Origin: a candidate division WOR-3 bacterium
GTDB lineage: Bacteria > Hydrothermota > Tepidihabitantia > Tepidihabitantales > Tepidihabitantaceae
Assembly (NCBI GenBank): GCA_039801225.1
Contig: JBDRUH010000049.1
Span: 1 to 11,431, forward strand
Direction: 5' to 3'
Length of the DNA stretch: 11,431 nt
Position numbers and translations under genes: made by a program. The notes under the pieces were generated by a model, which saw only the letters and a list, made by a program, of their open reading frames with translations, ran no database searches and was not told the DNA's origin. Shown here one piece after another: positions 1 to 7,108 of this stretch. Within the stretch, counting starts at the first letter, position 1, and every line of letters starts with the position of its first letter.

Positions 1-712
1 ACGCATTGTAGAGTTCCCGTTCGTAAACCCAGCGGATTTTGCTGGCAAACCCTTTCTTATTCAAAAGCACATTCTGAGGCAACTCCTCCTTGGTGATTAT
101 CTGATAGCCATTCTCTTTGAAAGTTTCAATTATTGCCCGGGAGATAAAATCCTCCTGAATGTTATAAAAATGACCGATAAGCCCAACCTGTTTTGGCCCC
201 TCGGCTCCGCCCTGCCGACCGAAGTGCCCGATTCGGGTCTGGTCGCTCGGGGCATGCTTTTGGCTTCGGGATTCGCTTAACTTCTTCTTGGCTTGTTGGA
301 ACGCCTGCCAAACTACGATAGGATTAGGATTAATCTTAAGACCGGCTATTAGATGGGCGGTAACAAAATTCCCTTTAATCGCTGGCGCGATCAGCCGAAC
401 CCGGTCACCGATGAGCATTCGGGCGATGTCCACAATACCAATCATCTTTGGGCAGGCGTAAAGTTTCTCCTGCATCCAGACAATTCTTGGAAAGAAGATA
501 GCATCAACCTCTCCAGCCAGTTCTAAGAGATGCCCAGCAACAATTTTAATGGGCAGGCACACCTCACTGGAGACACAGCCGACACCCTTATTCAGCAGGG
601 ATTCATCAGTTTTCCGGCTTACCACCACCTCAGCGCCTAACCCTTTAAGAAAACATTCCCAGAACCTGCCATAACGATAATAGAGAAGCGCCCGAGGTAA
701 TCCAATACGCAT
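1..712 (-). CDS. Acyl-CoA dehydratase activase-related protein (DUF2229/COG3580-like), 3' end outside window
   Basis: Absent from the ORF track because it has no stop in the window. Hand translation from ATG 712: MRIGLPRALLYYRYGRFWECFLKGLGAEVVVS...EVCLPIKIVAGHL...DAIFLPRI...YACPKMIG...VGLIGHFYN. IGxPRAL, CLPxK..GH, CPK and IGHxYN are motifs I recognise from this family. The frame is open to position 2. Confidence 0.85.
   Translation of the reverse strand, partial: MRIGLPRALLYYRYGRFWECFLKGLGAEVVVSRKTDESLLNKGVGCVSSEVCLPIKIVAGHLLELAGEVDAIFFPRIVWMQEKLYACPKMIGIVDIARMLIGDRVRLIAPAIKGNFVTAHLIAGLKINPNPIVVWQAFQQAKKKLSESRSQKHAPSDQTRIGHFGRQGGAEGPKQVGLIGHFYNIQEDFISRAIIETFKENGYQIITKEELPQNVLLNKKGFASKIRWVYERELYNA
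196..257. repeat. Nested palindromic repeat element inside the DUF2229 CDS
   Basis: 243-260 tcgctcggggcatgcttt matches the reverse complement of intergenic 8755-8772 at 17/18. 225-237 tgcccgattcggg is identical to intergenic 4721-4733. Internal stems are cgacc/ggtcg and cccga/tcggg. Confidence 0.75.
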
Positions 713-718
713 TATCTC

Positions 719-747
719 ATTTTATTACCTTAACAGTTTAAAGTCAA
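719..747 (-). promoter_or_regulatory. sigma70-type promoter for the DUF2229 gene (probably leaderless)
   Basis: Minus strand reads TTGACT(747-742)-N17-TAAAAT(724-719)-N6-ATG(712). Confidence 0.75.
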
Positions 748-791
748 TACTCTTACCTGTGCTGAATGCGCCGGTCAAAGGCTATTTTAAT

Positions 792-819
792 TTGAACCGG
801 GGCAGTTCTATGGTATGAT
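792..819 (+). promoter_or_regulatory. sigma70-type promoter with extended -10 for the M23 gene (probably leaderless)
   Basis: TTGAAC(792-797)-N16-TATGAT(814-819), with TG at 811-812, then N6-ATG(826). No SD motif. Confidence 0.65.
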
Positions 820-825
820 ATTATT

Positions 826-2034
826 ATGCTCAGAATTCACCATCCCATTATTGGGCTGACACTGATTGGGCTTTTATTTCACTGTCAGAAAAAAGAGAAA
901 AAACAGCAGTATCCCTCTACCCAGATAGGGGCGCCGAACATAACTACAAAAAGATTTGGTGTGCAACCGGATGAGATTATGCCCTTCCTTTTCAACCGGA
1001 GTGGTGTCCCTAAAACAATTGCCGAGCGGACGCTCGACGCACTCCGCCAGTTCGGGTTCAACTTTCGCCAGATGCGCCCGGGCGACAGCCTGATTCTGTT
1101 CTATCGTGGTGACACCCTTTTCCGACTTCACTACTGGCACAGTTACGACTCAACCTATCAAGTGGATATTGACTCTTTAGAATGTCGGGTATCGCTCATT
1201 TCTCAGCCGGTTACTGTTGTTCCGGCTCTTATTCAGGGGCATATCCTCAGTTCCCTTTATCAGGCGATGATAGATAAAGGGGAGAAGCCATCTCTCGTTG
1301 CCGCCTATACCGAAATCTTTGACTGGGAGATAGACTTCTTCTCAGAAACTCAACCGGGTGACTCTTTTGTTATTCTGGTCTCAAAGAAGTTCGCCGACTC
1401 GGTGTTTGTCGGTTATACGCCAATCATTGCCGCCCGCTATAAAGGCGTTGTCGGCGAGTTTACCGCTTTTCGTTTCACCGACCCGGAGGGCAAAACTGAT
1501 TACTATAACCCTGAAGGGCTTTCAATGCGGAAGACATTCCTCAGGTCTCCCTTGCGCTTTTCCCGTATCTCTTCCTTTTTTGGCAATAGGTTTCACCCGA
1601 TTAGGCATATCCGCTGTCCTCATCAGGGGATTGACTATGCGGCACCTATTGGCACACCGGTGTCCTGTGTTGCTGATGGTAGAGTTATCTCGGCTGGTTG
1701 GTCCGGAGGTTATGGTCGCCTGGTTAGGGTGGGTCACCGGGATGGTTTTGAGAGCCGATATGGTCATCTCAGCCGATTTGGTAAAGGAATAAAGCCGGGC
1801 GCCCCGGTGACCCAGGGGCAGATAATTGGCTATGTTGGTTCAACCGGGCTTTCCACCGGTCCCCATCTTCACTATGAGGTGCGGAAGTATGGCTCACCAG
1901 TCAATCCGCTTCGTCTCAACCCGCCGCGAGTTGGTGCGGTAAAACTTGCTCATCTACCTCTTTTTCAAGCGTTGCGCGATAGCCTTACTGTTTATCTTTC
2001 TAATAAATTGCCGCGGCCAGAACCAATCCCATAA
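826..2034 (+). CDS. M23-family peptidoglycan DD-metalloendopeptidase (MepM/Csd3-like), possible lipoprotein
   Basis: Zn motifs HQGIDY (HxxxD) and GPHLHYEV (HxH), plus GGYGRLV and YGHLS. Central region WEIDFF..QPGDSF and FLRSPL.F.RISS.FG.RFHPI is MepM-like. Hydrophobic N-terminus ends in LLFHC-QKKEKK. Confidence 0.93.
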   Translation: MLRIHHPIIGLTLIGLLFHCQKKEKKQQYPSTQIGAPNITTKRFGVQPDEIMPFLFNRSGVPKTIAERTLDALRQFGFNFRQMRPGDSLILFYRGDTLFRLHYWHSYDSTYQVDIDSLECRVSLISQPVTVVPALIQGHILSSLYQAMIDKGEKPSLVAAYTEIFDWEIDFFSETQPGDSFVILVSKKFADSVFVGYTPIIAARYKGVVGEFTAFRFTDPEGKTDYYNPEGLSMRKTFLRSPLRFSRISSFFGNRFHPIRHIRCPHQGIDYAAPIGTPVSCVADGRVISAGWSGGYGRLVRVGHRDGFESRYGHLSRFGKGIKPGAPVTQGQIIGYVGSTGLSTGPHLHYEVRKYGSPVNPLRLNPPRVGAVKLAHLPLFQALRDSLTVYLSNKLPRPEPIP

Positions 2035-2755
2035 TCTCACCGGCACCTGCCCCGCGTAACTCCTTGGCCGCAGCAGAGATGGTTGCTCCGGTGGTCATCA
2101 CATCGTCCACTAAAATCAGCCGTTCACCCCTGAATTTTACTCCGGATTTTACTGCAAATGCATCAAAAACATTTTCCATCCGTGCCTTTTCATTCTTCAT
2201 ATCGGTCTGGCTCTTGGTATTCCTTATTCGGATCAACGGGTCAAGAAGCGGAATTTGGGTTACTTCTGCCACTTCCCTGGCTAAAAGATGGGCCTGATTA
2301 TATCCCCTTTCCCGCAACCTTGCCGGATGGAGTGGCACAGCACATATTCCATCGGCGCTTTTTAACTGACTGTCCTGTTCTAATAAAAGCGCCAATGCAG
2401 CGCCTAAGATAGAAACAAGTGCAGTTTTTTGCTGATATTTCAGCGCCTGAATGAGTTCGGAAATCGGCGGACGATAGAGACCTACTGCCCGCACCCGGGA
2501 AAGCGCGATTGGTATTTGGCACCTTCCACACACCCAATGATCCGGCAGACAGGGACGACCGCAGCGCCGGCAGACATCAAGTTCGCTGGTAAAGAGTAAA
2601 AGCCGACAGGATTCACAAATTAGTCCTTCTTCAATTTCTTCATTACAACCAAAGCAGAGTGGCGGGAAAAGGAAGTTGGTAATGGAGCGCAAAAGAAACT
2701 TAAGCCAGCCGGAGTAGGTAGTTTTGGGTTTATAGTTTTTAGTTCGTAGTTTCAA
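2000..2755 (-). CDS. comF: ComF family protein (zinc ribbon + phosphoribosyltransferase domain)
   Basis: LFPPLCFGC, CESC, CRRC and CGRC zinc ribbons; VPLHPARLRERGYNQA; PRPP loop LVDDVMTTGAT. TTG start lies 3 nt after the lgt stop; 35-bp convergent overlap with the M23 gene. Confidence 0.92.
   Translation of the reverse strand: MKLRTKNYKPKTTYSGWLKFLLRSITNFLFPPLCFGCNEEIEEGLICESCRLLLFTSELDVCRRCGRPCLPDHWVCGRCQIPIALSRVRAVGLYRPPISELIQALKYQQKTALVSILGAALALLLEQDSQLKSADGICAVPLHPARLRERGYNQAHLLAREVAEVTQIPLLDPLIRIRNTKSQTDMKNEKARMENVFDAFAVKSGVKFRGERLILVDDVMTTGATISAAAKELRGAGAGEIMGLVLAAAIY
2718..2752 (-). repeat. Degenerate heptamer tandem repeat (5 units, AAACTAN-like) encoding the ComF N-terminus
   Basis: Minus strand AAACTAC GAACTAA AAACTAT AAACCCA AAACTAC, translated as KLRTKNYKPKTT. 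Confidence 0.6.
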
Positions 2756-2758
2756 ACC

Positions 2759-3529
2759 CTATCGGCTTCGCCTAAGGAAAATAATGAGGAGGATAACCCC
2801 GAGAAGGGCAAGAGACAGAGCGACGACCTGATTTCCCCAGAAATTTGCCGCATTCTCATAATACCGGACAAAATCAATCCCGAACCGAAAAAGGGAGTAA
2901 AGGATGAGAATGATGGCGAAAAGGACACCCGGTTTGCTTTTCTTTCGTTCCAATAAAAGCGCCAAGCCAAAAAGGACAAAGCCGGCAAGCGAAGAGTAAA
3001 GTTGTGTGGGATGAATCGGCTGATTGGGAAACTGAGCACCAGCCGGCGAGTTGGGTGGGAAAAGAACGCCAAGAAAAGAGTTGGTTGGTTTACCAAAGCA
3101 ACAGCCATTGAGAAAACAGCCGATGCGGGTGAACCCCTCACCCAAGACTATCGCCGGCGCCACCGCATCAAGAAGTCTGACCAAAGGTAGTCGGTTAACC
3201 CAGACAAATATTAGTCCGGCGATAAAAGCGCCAAGAAACCCGCCATAGAACATAAGCCCGGAAAGTCCGGGTGGATTGCCCCAGAAGCGGATGATGTCAA
3301 TCTGGTTGTGTTTGAATTCAGACCAGTGAAATGCAACATAGAAAAGCCTTGAACCTAAGACCACCGCCAGAAGAACCCATAGCGCCAGGTCGGTAATCTT
3401 CTTCGGGTCAACGCCAAATCGCCTTGCCCTCTGCTCCACAAGATAGATGCCCAAGACAAAGGATATAAATAGCATCACCCCGTAGGAGTAAAGTTGCAAA
3501 TTGCCGATTCTTAAAAGGACGGGAAACAC
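2759..3529 (-). CDS. lgt: Prolipoprotein diacylglyceryl transferase
   Basis: Multi-pass membrane protein with YSYGVML, LGSRLFYV, GLMFYGG, RIGCFLNGCCFG, HPTQLY and RFGIDFVR, all typical Lgt motifs. Confidence 0.95.
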   Translation of the reverse strand: MFPVLLRIGNLQLYSYGVMLFISFVLGIYLVEQRARRFGVDPKKITDLALWVLLAVVLGSRLFYVAFHWSEFKHNQIDIIRFWGNPPGLSGLMFYGGFLGAFIAGLIFVWVNRLPLVRLLDAVAPAIVLGEGFTRIGCFLNGCCFGKPTNSFLGVLFPPNSPAGAQFPNQPIHPTQLYSSLAGFVLFGLALLLERKKSKPGVLFAIILILYSLFRFGIDFVRYYENAANFWGNQVVALSLALLGVILLIIFLRRSR

Positions 3530-3535
3530 TCTCCT

Positions 3536-3563
3536 ATCCTAAATTTTAACTTTTGCCTGTCAA
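3536..3563 (-). promoter_or_regulatory. sigma70-type promoter for lgt-comF
   Basis: Minus strand reads TTGACA(3563-3558)-N16-TAGGAT(3541-3536)-N6-GTG(3529). Confidence 0.7.
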
Positions 3564-3598
3564 GAAAGTCAGGTTTTTAAGTTGCCCCGGCATCGGTT

Positions 3599-3626
3599 TT
3601 GACCAATTTCGCTTTTTTATTATCCT
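3599..3626 (+). promoter_or_regulatory. sigma70-type promoter for the glycosyltransferase-like gene
   Basis: TTGACC(3599-3604)-N16-TATCCT(3621-3626)-N6-TTG(3633). Upstream is pyrimidine-rich with no SD. Confidence 0.55.
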
Positions 3627-3632
3627 TTCCTG

Positions 3633-4697
3633 TTGGCTGATAACAAAAGAGATATTATTGCCATCGGCAGTGAAATTGGGCGCGGGCATCCCCAGTATCT
3701 TGACTCGGTGCTTTACTATCTTAAAGATGTGCCAAGATTCTCGGCTTCGGGATTGGGCTGGAGTCTGGGGCGATTTTTTTATCGGATGGGAGGCAAAGGA
3801 GGTTTTTTTACCTGTTTTTACAATCTCAGCCGGGCGCGAAGGCGTCCGGGAAAATTAGAACTTTTTCTTCTTAAAGGTGGTTTTGTTCGTCGCATTGCGG
3901 ACCACAAAGGTGTCGTATTAGTTGACCATCCCCTACTTGCTCATCTCCTTTCCCCCCAATTCCAGGTCGCCTATCTGCACGGTGAGATTGCTGCACCGCC
4001 CATCGCCGCTGTGGTAAATGCCTGGCGCATCTTCGTTCCTATAGAAAAGACCGCAAAATGCCTTCTGAAGGCGGGCGTCAGGCAGGAGGCGTTATTAGTA
4101 ACTGGTCTGGTGATTGAACCGGAACTGATTCCTGTTGCTGAAACATCTTTTTTAAGCCGGTTAAAAAGATTCCAGTCAAAAGAGCCTTTGAATGTTGCCT
4201 TCTTTACCTCTGGTGCCTATCCCAAGCCTCATCTCAAGGCGATTGCTCTTGCGGCAAGTTCTGCCCGGCAGGTCGGGCATAATGTGATAATCTTTGCCGG
4301 TGTTGATAGAAGAAGGGCAAGGTTCCTGCCGCAGGCGCTAACCTTTAACTCCAGGCAGGAGGAGAACCAGAAGACCTCGGAACTCTTTTCCCAGATTGAC
4401 CTATTTGTTGCTGCTGCTCACGAGCGAACCAACTGGGCTGTGGGGCTTGGTTTACCGATGTTTGCCCTTTTACCTCACATCGGACCTTTTGCAAAAGAGA
4501 ATTTTGAGTTTGCCTTAAATCAAGGTGTCTGTTTGCCTTTGACCCGTGCTGAAGAGTTTGGTTCTACGCTAAGCGCATTACGCCAGAATGGCAAGTTAAG
4601 AGAAATGGCTTACGCCGGCTGGCAGAAACATCCCATCACCGGCGCCCAGGTTATTGCCAACTTTCTCTTATCTTGTGAAGCCACTCAGGAAGGTTAA
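3633..4697 (+). CDS. Putative GT-B fold glycosyltransferase (UgtP/MGDG-synthase/GT28-like)
   Basis: 354-aa ORF with N-terminal SEIGRGH (GxGH loop), VTGLVI linker, second Rossmann-like domain starting FFTSGA, DLFVAA..E...AVGLGLPM and P..E.N, resembling GT28/UgtP organisation. The family assignment is by eye. Confidence 0.6.
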   Translation: MADNKRDIIAIGSEIGRGHPQYLDSVLYYLKDVPRFSASGLGWSLGRFFYRMGGKGGFFTCFYNLSRARRRPGKLELFLLKGGFVRRIADHKGVVLVDHPLLAHLLSPQFQVAYLHGEIAAPPIAAVVNAWRIFVPIEKTAKCLLKAGVRQEALLVTGLVIEPELIPVAETSFLSRLKRFQSKEPLNVAFFTSGAYPKPHLKAIALAASSARQVGHNVIIFAGVDRRRARFLPQALTFNSRQEENQKTSELFSQIDLFVAAAHERTNWAVGLGLPMFALLPHIGPFAKENFEFALNQGVCLPLTRAEEFGSTLSALRQNGKLREMAYAGWQKHPITGAQVIANFLLSCEATQEG

Positions 4698-4709
4698 GGT
4701 TGAGAGAAT

Positions 4710-4752
4710 GTAGGGCAAATTGCCCGATTCGGGCAGGTCGCTGTGCAACTAC
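4710..4752. repeat. GTAG...CTAC REP-like palindromic element between convergent genes (may aid termination)
   Basis: gtagggcaaattgcccgattcgggcaggtcgctgtgcaactac, with overlapping stems gggcaa/ttgccc and tgcccga/tcgggca. Confidence 0.55.
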
Positions 4753-4777
4753 CTTTGGGTTTGATACTAAACAATAA

Positions 4778-7108
4778 CTACTTTGTAATTACAATCTTTC
4801 TCTCTATAGATGCCTCGCTTCTTATGAAATAAACGCCCGGTGCAAGATGGCGGATGTTATTTTCACCGGGGTTAAGTTCAAATACCTTGCGACCGGAGAT
4901 GTCAAGGAGGACCGAAGACCGATGACCGTCTTCCGTCTTCCGTCTTCCGTCTTCCGTCCCTAACTTCAGCACATTGCGGACAATTGTTGCGTTTAGCCGT
5001 GAGCCTTTAGCCGTTGGCTGAGAGCGTTCCTCAACCCCCACATTCGGGTTTAATTTGCCCCAGATGCGATAGGTGTTATAGGTCTTGCCATCCACCTTTC
5101 CTGTCCAACCCTGATAGACCAATAACCTCTGACTGCCTTGCCCTTGCGCCAGTGCCGGATATTGCTGGTCACCCTCCTGGACCACCACCGGTCCTTTGTC
5201 AAGAATAACACCTTGCGGACTCACCCGGGCACCCCAAATGTCAAAACTGCCACTGCGGTTGTCCTGCCACATCACAATATAGTTTGTCCCATCAAACAAA
5301 ACCGCCGGAGAAGACTGCTCACCAGGAGCAACACAGATGGAAAATGTATCAAGGACATAACCCTCTTTAGTTACTCTTGCCGCGGTGATGTTCCAGTTTC
5401 CCCACCAGTTGTCCTGCCAGACAACCAGATAGTTTGTGCCATCAAAAGCAACCTTGGGATAAGTCTGGTCATTTCCCGCAGTAAATAAGAAAATCCCCTG
5501 AGTGTCAAGGACAACACCATCAGGCGTCACCCGGGCTCCATATATGTCATAGTTATCCAGATTCCGCTGGTCTGACCAGACTACGAGATAGTTTGTGCCG
5601 TCAAAAGCGACCGCCGGAAAATCCTGGTAATATGGACCGGTGGATATAGGAATTCCTTGCGTATCAAGGACAACACCATCAGGCGTTACCCGGGCACCAT
5701 AGATGTCCCCGCTTATCCAGACTACGAGGTAATTTGTCCCATCAAACGAAATCGCCGGAGAGGTTTCCCAGTATCTAGTAATGGAGATGCCAAATCCTGC
5801 TGTATCAAGAACAATACCATCAGGCGTTACCCGGGCACCATAAATATCCCAATTTCCATTCCGAGTGTCTTGCCACGCCACCAGGTAATTTGTTCCATCA
5901 AACGAAAGCGCCGGAGAGGTTTGGGAGTTGCCAGCGGTAGAGATGGCAAAGCCTGCCGGGTCAAGAACAACACCTTCTGAAGTTACCCGAGCACCATAGA
6001 TGTCCCACTCTTTCCTGCGGTTGTCTTCCCAAACCATTAAGTAGTCTGTGCCGTCAGAACAGACCGCCGGATATTTCTCCTGATTCACCGCGGTGGAGAC
6101 AATAAACCCGGCGGTGTCAAAAACAACACCATCCGGCGCCACCCGCGCTCCATAGATCTCTGGGTACTGCCTAGTGTTGCGCTGATCGTCCCAGACCACC
6201 AGATAAATTGTGCCGTCAGAACAGACCGCCGGAAACCACTTGTCCTGCGGAACGGTGGATATGGTAATGCCGGCGGTGTCAAGGACAACACCATCCGGCG
6301 CCACCCGCGCTCCATAGATATCCCGATTTCCATTCCGAGTATCTTGCCAAACCACAAAGTAGTTTGTCCCGTCAAACGAGACCGCCGGATAACCCTGGTA
6401 ATATGGGGCGGTGGATATAGGAATCCCTTGTGTGTCGAGGACAACACCATCCGGCGTCACCCGCGCTCCATAAATGTCCTCATAGTTGCCGCCTCGCTTA
6501 TCCTGCCAGACCACGAGGTAGTTTGTGCCGTCAAAACAGACCGCCGGCCCCACCTGCTCTCTCGGAGCAGTAGATATGGGAATTCCGACAGTATCAAGGA
6601 CAACACCATCCGGCGCCACCCGCGCTCCATAGATATCTCCTGTGTTCCAGACCACCAGGTAGTTTGTGCCATCAAAACAGACCGCCGGAAACCACTGGGT
6701 ATCCGGAGCGGTAGATATGGGAATCCCGGCAGAATCAAGGAGAACCCCTTCAGGGGTTACCCGTGCTCCCCAAATGTCATATCCATTATTCCGATTGTCG
6801 TACCACACCACCAGATAGTTTGTCCCATCAAAACAGACCGCCGGAATCCCTTGGCCTCCGGGTGCCGGTAGGTAGGTAATACTCGTGTCAATAAGAAATT
6901 CACCATTGTCAGCAAACCGCTTACCGCTTACCGCTTTCCGCCATTCGCCTTTTGTATCTTTTAGGTCTGATGTATGAGCATTTGCGGTAAGAAAGATAAT
7001 GGTAATAATGAAGGCAATCCGCCCGAGGGCGGGGCTGGAGAGTTTCAGCCCCGCCCAAAAACTTGACCGCTCTCCTGAAGCGCTATTTCGCAATGACCAG
7101 TTTACCAT
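4778..7108 (-). CDS. Secreted repeat protein, predicted tandem beta-propeller (12 FDGTNYLVVW-type repeats) with T9SS-like C-terminal sorting domain; start uncertain (7153/7114/7108/7093)
   Basis: 11 clear repeats of ~50 aa (PAVxFDGTNYLVVWxDxR..DIYGARVTPDGVVLD) plus one degenerate. Signal-like RIAFIITIIFLTANA. Tail LLDISGRKV..LAPGVYFI..KIVITK. ATG 7108 has GGGGA 5 nt upstream. Confidence 0.85.
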   Translation of the reverse strand: MVNWSLRNSASGERSSFWAGLKLSSPALGRIAFIITIIFLTANAHTSDLKDTKGEWRKAVSGKRFADNGEFLIDTSITYLPAPGGQGIPAVCFDGTNYLVVWYDNRNNGYDIWGARVTPEGVLLDSAGIPISTAPDTQWFPAVCFDGTNYLVVWNTGDIYGARVAPDGVVLDTVGIPISTAPREQVGPAVCFDGTNYLVVWQDKRGGNYEDIYGARVTPDGVVLDTQGIPISTAPYYQGYPAVSFDGTNYFVVWQDTRNGNRDIYGARVAPDGVVLDTAGITISTVPQDKWFPAVCSDGTIYLVVWDDQRNTRQYPEIYGARVAPDGVVFDTAGFIVSTAVNQEKYPAVCSDGTDYLMVWEDNRRKEWDIYGARVTSEGVVLDPAGFAISTAGNSQTSPALSFDGTNYLVAWQDTRNGNWDIYGARVTPDGIVLDTAGFGISITRYWETSPAISFDGTNYLVVWISGDIYGARVTPDGVVLDTQGIPISTGPYYQDFPAVAFDGTNYLVVWSDQRNLDNYDIYGARVTPDGVVLDTQGIFLFTAGNDQTYPKVAFDGTNYLVVWQDNWWGNWNITAARVTKEGYVLDTFSICVAPGEQSSPAVLFDGTNYIVMWQDNRSGSFDIWGARVSPQGVILDKGPVVVQEGDQQYPALAQGQGSQRLLVYQGWTGKVDGKTYNTYRIWGKLNPNVGVEERSQPTAKGSRLNATIVRNVLKLGTEDGRRKTEDGHRSSVLLDISGRKVFELNPGENNIRHLAPGVYFIRSEASIERKIVITK
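4910..4958. repeat. Heptamer array (GACCGNN)3(TTCCGTC)4 within the sorting-domain coding region
   Basis: Read directly from the sequence; encodes TEDGRRKTEDGHRSSV. Confidence 0.8.
7027..7056. other. 11-bp GC-rich perfect hairpin just downstream of the kelch-like gene, atypical terminator or RNA stability element
   Basis: gggcggggctg-N8-cagccccgccc. The U-run precedes rather than follows the stem on the transcribed (minus) strand. Confidence 0.6.

Noticed and set aside
712..720. Minimal ORF ATG-AGA-TAA overlapping the DUF2229 start
   Set aside because: Its ATG overlaps the predicted -10 box, so it would not be transcribed from that promoter.
2000..2034. 35-bp convergent overlap of M23 and comF
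   Set aside because: Short tail-to-tail overlaps are common in compact genomes.
7027..7061. Canonical rho-independent terminator
   Set aside because: Neither strand has a U-tract 3' of the stem. Kept only as an atypical hairpin.
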